Shown piece after piece: positions 39,330-49,865 of a DNA stretch of 64,000 bases; positions within the stretch are counted from its first letter, which is position 1; each line of letters starts with the position of its first letter. The position numbers and the translations under genes were made by a program. Origin of the DNA: Promethearchaeota archaeon (GTDB lineage: Archaea > Asgardarchaeota > Lokiarchaeia > Sigyniarchaeales > SOKP01); assembly GCA_019058245.1 (NCBI GenBank), contig JAHPZJ010000010.1:32001-96000 (forward strand). Reading direction: 5' to 3'. The notes beneath the pieces were generated by a model that ran no database searches, had not been told where the DNA came from, and was given only the letters and a program-made list of their open reading frames with translations.

Positions 39330-42300
39330 TTGGCATCTCGAACCCATTCAAATATGAATAAGAATAATATTGCTTCATCAAAAGAAACAAAAATATTTAT
39401 CAGTAAAGTAATTTTGGAAAATTTTCTTTCTTTCCAGAAAGATGAAGTTGATTTCGGAAAATCTAAATTCGTAATTATCGTAGGGCCAAATTGGAGTGGC
39501 AAAACCTCAATATTTCAAGCGATAAAGTTTGTTTTGGGCAGTAATGAACGAGACGAACGATATAAAAAATGGGCAGATTTTATCAGAAATGGACAAAATC
39601 ATGCTATGGTAGAAATTCATATCCAAAATGAAGATGAATTAGTTAAGTTAAGAAGGTATGTTATCAGAGGACAATCACCATACTTTTTACTTAAGAGAAA
39701 AGACGATGTAGAATTTAAAAGAAAAACAGTTCAAGAAATTCAAAAGCTAATTTCTGATTTTAATATTAATCCAGACAATCAATTTGCATTCGTAAGTCAG
39801 GGAAAAATTGATTCAATTAAAAATTTAAAACCGACGCAATTAAGTTCCTTTCTTGAGGAAGGTATCGGTTTAAAGGGTTTGAGAGAAGAGATTTTACAAC
39901 AGAAAAATAATGTTTATGAATTGAATAACGATCTTCATTCATTAAAAAGTAGGAAAAATACATTAAATATTAGTTTGGAACTCTTAAATCCTAAATTAGA
40001 ACGCTTAGAACAAAAAAATAAATTATTAGATGTTAAAAAGAAATTTAATGATGAATTACTATGGGCAAATAAAGATAAACTAGAGAAAGAGATCATCGAT
40101 ATCGAAGAAAAAGTTGAGAATGTTAAATTAAATTTAGAAAGAGTAAAGAAAGTAAAAGAAGGTTCTGATAGAGAAATAAAGGCTCTATTTAGTAAAATCT
40201 TGGATAAAGAACAAGCTATAAATGAGCTTTCAAAACAATTGGGCGAGTTGAATTATAAAAAGCAAGATTTAATTCAAAAAATTCAAAATTGGCAAAAAGA
40301 TAAAGTCCAAGCCAAACAAGAGTTAGACACATTATCAAATAGGATTAATGAAATTCAAGGAATTATCAATAATTTCGAGAACCAGAAGCTTAGTTTGGAT
40401 AATGAAATAAAAATAATAAAAGCTGAAAGTAAAAGTAAAGGATTACAGATAGATAAATTGATATCAAAACAAAATCAATTAATAAAGAAAATAGAGCAAA
40501 ATAAGATTTTACTAGAAAAGTATGATCTAATAAATTCTAAGAAAAAAGAAAGCTTAAACATAATTCAAGAGCATAATAAAGCAATTAAAGCTTATAATAA
40601 TGAAATTAGTCAATTATTTCAAAGTTTTAAAGATATTGAACATAAACTCGAAAAAAATAAATGGTTCTTAGAAAATCCAAGTAAGGATCTGCAAATTCAG
40701 CTTGATAGAGAACTTAGTAAGATATCAACAAAAATTTATGAACTTGACTCTGAATTAAAAAAAACTGAATTTGAAGTCTCAAAAAAATTTAAAAAGTTAA
40801 AATTATTGCAGGCTTCACTTAGAGAACGTCGTGTAATTCTTCCTTCAAATATTACAGTTCTCAAGGACGAGATAAAGAAAAGAGGTTTAAAAGTAAAAGG
40901 TCCAATTATCAATTATTTAAAATATGATGACGATTTGAGCTATGCTATTGAATCTGTTCTTGGTGAGAAATTACTCTATAGTTTTATTGCTGAAGATTGG
41001 GATACGCTAAACTTGTTAAAAAGATTGAAAGATAAGTTTGGTGCGTTTTGTAATATCTACCTTCCTAAAAATATCAATATTAAACCAATGATCAAAATAT
41101 CTGCGAATGGCATCCTGGGTTATTTAGCAGAATTAATTGAAATTGTTAATAAAGATATTGATATTAAAAAGGTTATTTACTCAAAAGTTAAGAATTGTAT
41201 TGTGGCTACTGATTACCATTCTGGAAGAAAGTTTTATAGTACACATGATTTCAAAGGAAAGTGTGTGACCTTAAAAGGAGAACAGATAATTTCTTATAAT
41301 TATGTTTATGAAACACCTTATCTTAAAAGATTAAAAGGATTATTAAGTGCTGGAACACAAAAAGAACAATCGGATGTCTTAGAGTTTGAAATTAAAACAT
41401 TAAATGAAAAAATTTCAGAAATGAGAGTTGAACTAGCACAATTAGACTTAACTCAAAAAGAAATATTTCAAAAGAAGGAATCTTTCAATGATCTTCTCTA
41501 TAATTTTAACCAAAAACAAAGAATTACGACAAAAAAGAATCAATTATATGATCAAATGCATGAATTAGAAAAATCTAATTCAAATATTAAAAATAAGATT
41601 AAAGAATTGGATTTACAAATTAATTCTTTAAAAGTCCAGACTGATCCAGAATTTTTTAAGTGGAATGATAAGTTGACTGAGATTCCGAATGAGTTAGCCT
41701 TTTTAAATGAAGAAAAGAAAAAATGGGATAAAAAATTAAGCGAAAACATTGATCTTGTAAAAGCAGTGAGAGACGAAATAAATAAGCAATCTAATGATAA
41801 AAATCTACTTCAAAAGGATTTCCAATCAAAGAAGGATGTATTTCAAAAAGCTGATAAAACTGCTTTTAATATATATCGCCAATTAGAGAATGTTGAAGAT
41901 AATCTTGAGACTACTGAAAAAGAAATTTCAGAGTTAAAAAGGGAGATATTAGGATTTCAAAATAAAAAAAGTGAATTAGAAAAGAAATCTATTCAAATTA
42001 CATTAAATTTTGAACAAGAGAATATTAAATTAAATTCTTATAATCAAGATCTCGAATCAAAAAAAAATGATTTAATCAGAATTCATTCTGAAATAGGTCC
42101 TTTAATTTCGAAAGAAATTATTAAAATTCGCCCTATTGAAGATATTAAGGGAGATATTTCTGATATAGACAAAGATCTGCTTAGATATTTAGATGTTGAT
42201 GATTCAATTTTAATTGAAAAGGACCAAATTTTGAATTCTCTGAAAGAAATTACTAAAAATCAAACAGACTTAGAAAAAGATATTAAAGCAGCTATTAGAG

Positions 42301-42797
42301 CAGAAAATAAAATGGAAGCAACTTATTACAATAAGTTTAGTACTGTAATTGAAAATCTTCAAGAGAAAGTTAACCAAAAATTTAAGGATTCACAAATTAA
42401 ATCTTATTGTTCTCTTGAATTAACTGGAAATTTTGAAGATTTAGGAGTTAAGATTAAAGCTGCTACTTCAAAAGATCAATTAAAATCTTTTACTGCTCTT
42501 AGTGGTGGTCAAGTTTCACTAGTATCAATCTGCTTAATATTATCTCTTCAGGAGATTAAGCCTTCAGCACTCTCAATGCTTGATGAACCAGGGATGTTTT
42601 TGGATGAAAAGAATTCGGAAGTGGTATATCAATTAATTAAATCAACTTTAGAGAAAAATCCAATCCAATTATTCATGTTTTTACCAAAATCTTCTAATTC
42701 ATTATTTTTATTAGCTGAAAAACTGATTGGAATAGCTAGAGTAGGAAAGAGGGAAATCTCTTCTGTATTTAACCCAAAAATTGTGAAGAAAGAATAA
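39330..42797 (+). CDS. smc: SMC protein, Smc5/6-like head
   Basis: LENFLSF, GPNWSGKTS, NINPDNQFAFVSQGK, a central hinge (VKGPIINYL..YAIESVLG), long coiled coils, LSGGQ and MLDEPGMFLD. AGGAGG RBS before TTG. Confidence 0.88.
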   Translation: MASRTHSNMNKNNIASSKETKIFISKVILENFLSFQKDEVDFGKSKFVIIVGPNWSGKTSIFQAIKFVLGSNERDERYKKWADFIRNGQNHAMVEIHIQNEDELVKLRRYVIRGQSPYFLLKRKDDVEFKRKTVQEIQKLISDFNINPDNQFAFVSQGKIDSIKNLKPTQLSSFLEEGIGLKGLREEILQQKNNVYELNNDLHSLKSRKNTLNISLELLNPKLERLEQKNKLLDVKKKFNDELLWANKDKLEKEIIDIEEKVENVKLNLERVKKVKEGSDREIKALFSKILDKEQAINELSKQLGELNYKKQDLIQKIQNWQKDKVQAKQELDTLSNRINEIQGIINNFENQKLSLDNEIKIIKAESKSKGLQIDKLISKQNQLIKKIEQNKILLEKYDLINSKKKESLNIIQEHNKAIKAYNNEISQLFQSFKDIEHKLEKNKWFLENPSKDLQIQLDRELSKISTKIYELDSELKKTEFEVSKKFKKLKLLQASLRERRVILPSNITVLKDEIKKRGLKVKGPIINYLKYDDDLSYAIESVLGEKLLYSFIAEDWDTLNLLKRLKDKFGAFCNIYLPKNINIKPMIKISANGILGYLAELIEIVNKDIDIKKVIYSKVKNCIVATDYHSGRKFYSTHDFKGKCVTLKGEQIISYNYVYETPYLKRLKGLLSAGTQKEQSDVLEFEIKTLNEKISEMRVELAQLDLTQKEIFQKKESFNDLLYNFNQKQRITTKKNQLYDQMHELEKSNSNIKNKIKELDLQINSLKVQTDPEFFKWNDKLTEIPNELAFLNEEKKKWDKKLSENIDLVKAVRDEINKQSNDKNLLQKDFQSKKDVFQKADKTAFNIYRQLENVEDNLETTEKEISELKREILGFQNKKSELEKKSIQITLNFEQENIKLNSYNQDLESKKNDLIRIHSEIGPLISKEIIKIRPIEDIKGDISDIDKDLLRYLDVDDSILIEKDQILNSLKEITKNQTDLEKDIKAAIRAENKMEATYYNKFSTVIENLQEKVNQKFKDSQIKSYCSLELTGNFEDLGVKIKAATSKDQLKSFTALSGGQVSLVSICLILSLQEIKPSALSMLDEPGMFLDEKNSEVVYQLIKSTLEKNPIQLFMFLPKSSNSLFLLAEKLIGIARVGKREISSVFNPKIVKKE

Positions 42798-42810
42798 ATT
42801 GTGAAGGAGA

Positions 42811-43458
42811 ATGGAATATAAAGACTTTTCTGAAGAAATAAATAATAAGATTGAACTTATTAAAAATAAAGTTCTCTCTGGTGAAATCTCTCTTTTAGAT
42901 ATAGAATTAGCATCGATATTTGAGAATTTAAAAGATTCTCTCACGATTTATAATATCAATAGATATTCAAATACTTATGAAAATGCATTTCAACTACTAA
43001 GTCAAAAATTTGAAGAATTGAAAATCTTCCTGAGTTATTTGGATAATCAAGATAAGTTTTTAAAGTTCTTAAAATCAAATCCAAAAGATCTCGAAATTTA
43101 TCAAGTTTTTGAGGATTGTTGGAGGGAACCTTTTATTATTGATACTCTTTCTTTACAGTTCCTAGAATATTCTAAAGAACGATTAATAAATAATAAATTA
43201 GAATCCTTAAAGATAGAGCCTATTGAAAAAATTAAGTTCAAAGACACTTTTTTATTAGAAATACCAGAAAAAAAATTTACTGACAAGATGATGGCTTTTT
43301 TTAATAATATTAAAAACAAATTACCTTGTTTATATGAACTAATTTTTGAAAAAGAGCTTGATCAAATGAAGATTTTTGAAAATTTTGTATATCTCTTACA
43401 TTTACTTCAATTAGGAAAAATAAAATATGAAAAAAACACTAATACTCTATATTTGTAG
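42811..43458 (+). CDS. ScpA/kleisin-like protein
   Basis: N-terminal GEISLLDIELASIF and C-terminal FENFVYLLHLLQLGKI match kleisin N- and C-domains; directly after smc. Confidence 0.7.
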   Translation: MEYKDFSEEINNKIELIKNKVLSGEISLLDIELASIFENLKDSLTIYNINRYSNTYENAFQLLSQKFEELKIFLSYLDNQDKFLKFLKSNPKDLEIYQVFEDCWREPFIIDTLSLQFLEYSKERLINNKLESLKIEPIEKIKFKDTFLLEIPEKKFTDKMMAFFNNIKNKLPCLYELIFEKELDQMKIFENFVYLLHLLQLGKIKYEKNTNTLYL

Positions 43459-43475
43459 GAAGAAGTGAAAAAAAA

Positions 43476-43991
43476 ATGAATGAAATAACAGTTTTGATGC
43501 ATTTATTAAGTAAAAGAGCAAGTATTTACCAAATTGGAGCTACTAAAGAAGTTATTCTTAAAAATTTAAATATTAAAGATAAGAATAAAGCGATTTACTT
43601 TCAAAATTTAATTAAAAATCTTTCAAATTATCTTGAACCTTTAGGACTTCAAGTCAGATTTAATCCTTTGAATTCTTGTTGGTACATTTCCTTTGATCCA
43701 GAAACAACTGAAATTATTTCAGCAAATCCCTTTGAAGGAAACCCTAGATTAGCTGCTACACTGTATTGTACCATGATATGTTGCTTTAATAGCGCGGGAG
43801 AAACTACTATTCAAAAAATAAAGGAATTACGTAAAAAGAAGGGTGTTTTAGAAGATATTAAAGAATTAGAAAAAAAGGGATTTGTTATAATTGAAAAAGA
43901 TTTGAATAAAATTAGCTTAACTCCTTTAATTGGATATTTACTCAATTTAGAGAAATTATTTTTGAAAATTGCTTTAAAATTAAAAAATTGA
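43476..43991 (+). CDS. ScpB/kite-like tandem winged-helix protein
   Basis: LGLQVRFNP..WYI, RLAATL and TIQKIKELR..IKELEKKGFV segments; last gene of the smc cluster. Confidence 0.65.
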   Translation: MNEITVLMHLLSKRASIYQIGATKEVILKNLNIKDKNKAIYFQNLIKNLSNYLEPLGLQVRFNPLNSCWYISFDPETTEIISANPFEGNPRLAATLYCTMICCFNSAGETTIQKIKELRKKKGVLEDIKELEKKGFVIIEKDLNKISLTPLIGYLLNLEKLFLKIALKLKN

Positions 43992-44033
43992 AATATGATA
44001 GTATTAAATATCTTAAAATAAGAGAAAAAGAAA

Positions 44034-44669
44034 TTAATTCTTAGTAGTAATTTCTAGAATCATTTCTGCAACCTGGTTATTATAAGTTTCCACATCTTCA
44101 AATCCTTCTATTGTCTCACCACATGTTATAAATGTATCATTGATGACTATTTTTCGAGCTTCAAAAAATTCATTTATTTTCTTTTTCACTTCTGTAAGTT
44201 TTTTCTCTTTATCTCCCTCAACCAAGTCGATTTTGTTTATACAGACATAAATTTTATCTGGGAAAAATCTAACATCATTAAAAAATTCAAATTGAGGCTT
44301 AAGGTCTCTATCAAGAGAAAAAACAGCTATGATTTGAGTTGCGATACGAGAAATCGTAATTATTCCCATTTTCACTACTGCACGTGCTCTATCTCCTCCT
44401 GGTGCAAAAATGGTATGTGCTTTATTTGTTGCATCCTCCCTAAATACAATTCTATTTGGATGGATTGTTTTTGTTTCTTTCTCATTTAGAGCATCTTCTT
44501 TTTCTCCTCCTGGAACCGTCGCTTCTCCAGAAAAATCTGCTTTAACAACAGAGCATTTAGTTCCGCCTTTAACCTTTTCAATGTCTCCTTTTTTTAAATA
44601 TCTTACAAATAATCGAAGAATACTAGTTTTACCTACACTAACGTCACCTAAAAGTCCGATGTTTACCAT
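44034..44669 (-). CDS. Small Ras-like/MglA-like GTPase
   Basis: G1 GDVSVGKTS and G4 NKID, with an atypical G3 (FAPGG). Confidence 0.75.
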   Translation of the reverse strand: MVNIGLLGDVSVGKTSILRLFVRYLKKGDIEKVKGGTKCSVVKADFSGEATVPGGEKEDALNEKETKTIHPNRIVFREDATNKAHTIFAPGGDRARAVVKMGIITISRIATQIIAVFSLDRDLKPQFEFFNDVRFFPDKIYVCINKIDLVEGDKEKKLTEVKKKINEFFEARKIVINDTFITCGETIEGFEDVETYNNQVAEMILEITTKN

Positions 44670-44672
44670 TTT

Positions 44673-45485
44673 TTATGCTTCACCCTCTAATAATTTATTT
44701 AATAGTAATTCGTAATCAGGAATCAAGAATTGTTCGAGTAAAGCGTTATTATGCGCATTTATAAGTGCTATTAAGATTTCTTTAACATTTTTTGCCTTTT
44801 GAGAATATTTTATTAAATTTTCTGCCGTAGGATCTTCATTAAATTCTCTTGCATGTTCCTCAAATCCAAATTTACTAAGTTCAGGAAGTGCATTAAAAAA
44901 ACCAAAAGCAGAGTATCCCTGATATTGGTAAAAAACAAAAAATCTTGTTTTAATATTCTTAATAATCTGAGATAAATATGCAGAGGGGTAAATTTCTCCT
45001 AATGTAAGTTCATCATCCTGTTTAATTATAAAATAAGGAGAAATTGGAGATACTTGTGATCCATACATTTCTTTTGGAGGCAATGAAATGAATGGTAATT
45101 TTTCTGAGACTATCGTCCAGAGGTCTTCTCTTTTTTTTTCTAATAAAATATCCTTAATTTCATCATACGCAAAATAAAAATCTGTTTGAAGTGCTAATAA
45201 TGAACTTAAATATACGGATAATGAAGCAAAAGTGGCCTCTAATACAGGCCTTCTCCCACCATTAGCTTCTGATGGCTTAACAGCCCCTTTCCATGCTCTC
45301 AATCCAGAATAAGCGAAAGATTTTACGTCAAAAAAAGCACCTGAAATGAATAAAAACGAGGGGGCTTCACCTTTCTCACCAGTCAAAAATTCTAAAGATT
45401 TTTCAATTAATACACTCTCTAACTTTTCATCATGAAACTTCGAGTGGATTATAGGCATTTGTAGCCAAGTCTTTTTCTTTGCCAA
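44673..45485 (-). CDS. Hypothetical protein co-transcribed with the GTPase
   Basis: Ends 3 nt before the GTPase start; AAGGAG RBS before TTG. Confidence 0.65.
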   Translation of the reverse strand: MAKKKTWLQMPIIHSKFHDEKLESVLIEKSLEFLTGEKGEAPSFLFISGAFFDVKSFAYSGLRAWKGAVKPSEANGGRRPVLEATFASLSVYLSSLLALQTDFYFAYDEIKDILLEKKREDLWTIVSEKLPFISLPPKEMYGSQVSPISPYFIIKQDDELTLGEIYPSAYLSQIIKNIKTRFFVFYQYQGYSAFGFFNALPELSKFGFEEHAREFNEDPTAENLIKYSQKAKNVKEILIALINAHNNALLEQFLIPDYELLLNKLLEGEA

Positions 45486-45656
45486 AATTAAAACACTCCT
45501 TATGATTATGTCGATAACAATTATAAGAATTGGTGTATAATTAATTTTTCTTATTTTAATAAAACAATATATTATCTCAATATAATTTTATGCTTATTAA
45601 TTTAAATTAATCGAAATTAATTCTTCTCGATAATTTTTTAATTTAATTTACAAAAT

Positions 45657-46286
45657 CTAAGTAGTAGAAGTGATTTCTTTAACAAAAAGTTCTCTCATTT
45701 TAGAGGTAATAATATCATACTCATTTATCGTTCTTAATTTATTAATAATAATTTGCTCGATAAATTCGGTATTTTTATAGAGCTCACATTTTAAAGTTAG
45801 CTCTGGATTATTTTCTTTAATCTTAATAAGACCTTCTTTTAAAAAAATATGTATAAAATCTTCAGAAGTTTCTTTTATCGCTCTTTTAATAGGATCAATT
45901 ATTTTTATCTTTACTCTATTGAGATCATAGCAATTTAAGATACATAATAATTCATCATCTTTTCCATTTCTTTTAGAAAAAATCTTTCTTTTTATATTTG
46001 TTCCTTCAACTTTCTTTTTAGGAATTTCTTCTACAAAATATTGGTCTTCATCAGAAATATTTGTTTTTTCGAGAATTTCTTTTGAGTATAGCTCATCTGC
46101 TCTTTGAAATGATTTTCCAGAGATTAGAGACCCTAAGAAATTTATAACTTCTCTTAATTCATTTATTTCCAATTCTAATTCTGTAAGTTGCTCTTTTTTT
46201 TTATAATAGATCTCTTGTAATTTACTAAGCATCTGTGATAATTTCTCAATTTCATTTTCACTGTCTTTAGTAACCATTGATTTCAT
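45657..46286 (-). CDS. Hypothetical protein with N-terminal coiled coil
   Basis: Heptad-rich EIEKLSQMLSKLQEIY..LELEINELRE segment. Confidence 0.6.
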   Translation of the reverse strand: MKSMVTKDSENEIEKLSQMLSKLQEIYYKKKEQLTELELEINELREVINFLGSLISGKSFQRADELYSKEILEKTNISDEDQYFVEEIPKKKVEGTNIKRKIFSKRNGKDDELLCILNCYDLNRVKIKIIDPIKRAIKETSEDFIHIFLKEGLIKIKENNPELTLKCELYKNTEFIEQIIINKLRTINEYDIITSKMRELFVKEITSTT

Positions 46287-46367
46287 ATATGTTTTATAAG
46301 AACTTAAATTTATTTAAAAATTAGTGCTATAGAATAATTAAGTAATTTATTTTTATGTGAAATTAAA

Positions 46368-47240
46368 ATGGAAGTAATGATAATAAGTCCTAATTCAAAG
46401 GATCCTGAAGTTCAAATTCTTTCTAATGAATTTAAAAATCGTGGATATGAAGTTCGCTTTTTTATTCCATCAACAATTAAAGTCGGGATTGGATTCCAAC
46501 CTAAATTTTCCGAACAGTTTGATCTTCTTGAGCCAAGAGCGGGATTAGTAAGAGGCTTTGGTGCTGCAGCTACTCAGAAAATATTTTCTAGACTTGATAT
46601 TTTAAGGGCTATTGAAGAATATGATGTTAAATTAATTAATTCCAGAGAATCATTAGAGATTGCAAGTGATAAATTTTTAAGTTCTATATTTTTGGAAAAA
46701 TATCAAATTCCAACACCAAAAACAATGATTTGTGAAGATTCCCATCAAGCTTTAAAAGCTTTTGATGAATTAGGGGGAGATTGTGTTTTAAAACCCCTAT
46801 ATGGCTCAAAAGGGATTGGTATAACTAGGTTGAATGATAGAGCTTTTGCCGAGAACGTGTTATATTCTCTAGATCAATTAAACCATGTTTTTTATTTACA
46901 AGAATTTATTGAGCATCAAAATCGAGACATTAGGATCTTAGTATTAGGAGATAAGGTTATTGCTGGTATGTATCGAGTAAGTGATAGTTGGAAGTCAAAT
47001 ATTTATGCGGGTGCTAAAGCAGAACCTATTGAATTAACTAATGAATTAAAAAACCTTGCTATCAAAGCAGCAAAAGTAACAAAAACAAAAATAGCAGGTG
47101 TAGATATACTAGAAAGTGAAAAAGGTTTTTCTGTAATTGAAGTAAATTCAATTCCCGGTTTTACAGCTTTACAAAAAGTATCAGATATAAATATTGCTGA
47201 AGAGATAATAAATTTCTTTCTTAATGATGCTAAATCTTGA
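46368..47240 (+). CDS. RimK-family ATP-grasp ligase
   Basis: ASDKF, VLKPLYGSKGIG, YLQEFI, AGVDIL and EVNSIPG motifs. Confidence 0.88.
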   Translation: MEVMIISPNSKDPEVQILSNEFKNRGYEVRFFIPSTIKVGIGFQPKFSEQFDLLEPRAGLVRGFGAAATQKIFSRLDILRAIEEYDVKLINSRESLEIASDKFLSSIFLEKYQIPTPKTMICEDSHQALKAFDELGGDCVLKPLYGSKGIGITRLNDRAFAENVLYSLDQLNHVFYLQEFIEHQNRDIRILVLGDKVIAGMYRVSDSWKSNIYAGAKAEPIELTNELKNLAIKAAKVTKTKIAGVDILESEKGFSVIEVNSIPGFTALQKVSDINIAEEIINFFLNDAKS

Positions 47241-47285
47241 TGTTTTTAATTTAAAAATAAAAAAAAGATATTTTAATGTAGATGT

Positions 47286-47630
47286 TTATAGCTCTTCTAT
47301 TAATGCAACTAAAAACGCAATAACCAATAGGACACATGCCCAAATTCCTGCTCCAAATACTATAAGCAAAATTGCTAAAATGAGAAATGTAAGCCAATGA
47401 AAGGGGATTGGATCATTTGGTCTAAATCCTGTTATAAAGGTTATTATTACAATAACTAAACCAATAATGAAAATAAGGACTCTTTCTAAAGCTACTAAAG
47501 GCGCAACAAATCCATAATCTCGATACCCTGGAAATCCTGCTAGATATAAAATTAGGAATACTAATCCTATGAATGCGCCGAGTATTACCAATATTTGTAT
47601 TAAATTTTCATTTTTGTACTTCCTTGTCAT
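47286..47630 (-). CDS. Small integral membrane protein
   Basis: Three to four hydrophobic helices. Confidence 0.6.
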   Translation of the reverse strand: MTRKYKNENLIQILVILGAFIGLVFLILYLAGFPGYRDYGFVAPLVALERVLIFIIGLVIVIITFITGFRPNDPIPFHWLTFLILAILLIVFGAGIWACVLLVIAFLVALIEEL

Positions 47631-47774
47631 ATTCTATCATCTTTTTTTTAATGAATATTTTTTATTAAGATTCTAAATAATAAAAGCATTTAATATTTTC
47701 TTTTCTGAAATATTGAAAAGTATTATAAATGGGATTATAAATCTTTATTTAACATTTAAGCCAATTTAATAATT

Positions 47775-48719
47775 ATGAGCTTAAAGTACAATCAAACAAA
47801 AAATAAAATTATTGCCCATACATATTCTATTGTTGCCAGAGACCCTAAAACAGGCGAAATGGGTGTTGGAGTACAGAGTCACTGGTTTTCGGTGGGGAGT
47901 GTTGTCTCTTGGGGAGAGGCAGGAATTGGAGTTGTCGCAACACAATCACTTACGAATAAGTCTTTTGGATTACGAGGGCTTGATCTTCTAAAAGAAGGAA
48001 AATCTCCTCAAGAAGCTATAGATATACTACTCTCAGATGATGAAGGGAGAGATGTAAGGCAAGTTTCTATTCTGGATACTAAAGGAAGGGTAGCTACCCA
48101 TACAGGATCAAAGTGTATTAAGCATGCTGGTCACAAATTAGGAAATAATTTTTCTGTTCAAGCAAATTTAATGCTTTCTGACAAGGTATGGCCAGTTATG
48201 GCTGAAGTATATGAAAAAAGTGAGAATCTATCATTACCAGAGCGAATTGTTAAAAGTCTAGAAGCGGCAGAATCAGTTGGAGGAGATATAAGAGGAAAGC
48301 AGTCTGCCGCTTTATTGATTGTTGCTGGTGAATCAACAGAAAATAAATGGGAAGACCTTCTTATCGATCTTAGAGTAGAGGATCATATAGAACCATTAAA
48401 AGAGTTAAACAGATTACTAAAAGTTTATCGCGCATATGAGCATATGAACAATGGGGATCTTGCTATAGAAAAAGGTGATATAGATATTGCATTTAAAGAA
48501 TATGAAACTGCTCAGAAAATGCTCCCAGAAATCCTAGAAATAAAATTTTGGGTAGCTGTCTCTTTAGCTAATCAGAAAAGGATGAATAAGGCGACTGAGT
48601 TGTTTAAAGAAGTTTTCAAGAAAGATAAAAATTGGCGTATTCTTACAGAAAGACTCCCGCATTCAGAATTATTAAATCTAAGTGATGATGATCTAAAAAA
48701 AATTTTATCATTAAAATAG
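47775..48719 (+). CDS. DUF1028 (Ntn-hydrolase-like) protein with C-terminal TPR
   Basis: HTYSIVARD, GVVATQS, GGDIRGKQSAAL and DLRVEDH motifs, followed by a TPR-like tail. Confidence 0.85.
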   Translation: MSLKYNQTKNKIIAHTYSIVARDPKTGEMGVGVQSHWFSVGSVVSWGEAGIGVVATQSLTNKSFGLRGLDLLKEGKSPQEAIDILLSDDEGRDVRQVSILDTKGRVATHTGSKCIKHAGHKLGNNFSVQANLMLSDKVWPVMAEVYEKSENLSLPERIVKSLEAAESVGGDIRGKQSAALLIVAGESTENKWEDLLIDLRVEDHIEPLKELNRLLKVYRAYEHMNNGDLAIEKGDIDIAFKEYETAQKMLPEILEIKFWVAVSLANQKRMNKATELFKEVFKKDKNWRILTERLPHSELLNLSDDDLKKILSLK

Positions 48720-48802
48720 CATTACTGAGGGTTAATCCTTAATTCATTGATATTATCACGATATTTTTTAGTTTTAAATAATATCGTTATTGAAAGAAAA
48801 AT

Positions 48803-48967
48803 GTGATTGAAGAAAAAATTGCACGTTATAAAAATGGAATTATTACTGCAAAAGAGCTATCTAAAGGAAGATATGCTGATCGAACTTACTATGATAATTT
48901 AATTTCTAAATTTGAAAGGATATTAAGGTTCTACGAAGATTTAAAAACTTGGAAAGAATTCACATAA
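48803..48967 (+). CDS. Uncalled 54-aa hypothetical protein
   Basis: Hand translation: MIEEKIARYKNGIITAKELSKGRYADRTYYDNLISKFERILRFYEDLKTWKEFT; fills an otherwise empty gap. Confidence 0.45.
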   Translation: MIEEKIARYKNGIITAKELSKGRYADRTYYDNLISKFERILRFYEDLKTWKEFT

Positions 48968-49092
48968 GTTTAAGTATATAATTATTTCTCAAATCCTTAA
49001 TATTAATCGAATCTATATTATATATAGAATGTAATGTTCATACATCTCTTAGAGTTAAGTTTTCTATTTTTACATTGATTTATTTACTCATA

Positions 49093-49701
49093 TTAAAATA
49101 AATGTAGTCCAAATTCTTTTTTTAAAATTTGATAAATTTTGTGCATAGGTAAACCTAATACATTTGAAGTAGAACCAATTATCTTACTTATAAACAAGTT
49201 TGCTTTATCCATTATTGAATAGGCTCCAGCTCTTCCCTTCCATTCATTAGTTTTGATATATTGCCATATTTCTTCATCAGTGAGTTCAAGGAATTCGACA
49301 ATTGTGGTATCAGTATCAAAGATAATTTTAGAAGTTTGAATATCAGTAATTGCGATTCCTGTAATTAGTTTATGAGATTTTCCTACTAATCTTTTAAGAA
49401 TACTAAATGCTTGTTCCTCATTATGAGCTTTTCCAATAATTTCTCCATTAAGTAATACAATAGTATCTGCAGCAATAATAATTCCGTCTATTTTCTTTTT
49501 TATTAATTCATTTTTTGCATATAACATTTTTGCTTTAGCGAGTTCTTTCACAAGTTCAATTGCATTTGGAAATTTTGTTTTGTATTTCTCTTCTTTAATA
49601 TTAGTGACAAATATTTCAAATGGAATTAGCGCGCGTTTGAGGATTTCACTTCGATCACTTGATTTTGAAGCGAGGATAATTCTTTTCAAAATTATTATCA
49701 C
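49093..49701 (-). CDS. maf: Maf-family nucleoside triphosphate pyrophosphatase
   Basis: IILASKS..R, IIAADTIV, GRAGAY and NVLGLP motifs. Confidence 0.9.
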   Translation of the reverse strand: MIIILKRIILASKSSDRSEILKRALIPFEIFVTNIKEEKYKTKFPNAIELVKELAKAKMLYAKNELIKKKIDGIIIAADTIVLLNGEIIGKAHNEEQAFSILKRLVGKSHKLITGIAITDIQTSKIIFDTDTTIVEFLELTDEEIWQYIKTNEWKGRAGAYSIMDKANLFISKIIGSTSNVLGLPMHKIYQILKKEFGLHLF

Positions 49702-49865
49702 ATTCTTGAAATTTGATATTTGTCTTAGAAAAAGTTCATTATTTTAGTAAATTTTTGTATTTAGTATTATTTAAAATAAACAATTTCATTTGTCTTAGAA
49801 ATAAATTTATTTGACTAATTTTTATACCCAAATATCAACTAATTATTAATTAAATCAATCTAATT

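Noticed and set aside
38057-43991. Wadjet (JetABCD/MksBEFG) defence system
   Set aside because: No Toprim-nuclease JetD gene, gene order is smc-scpA-scpB, and the SMC has a canonical hinge with Smc5/6-like head motifs.
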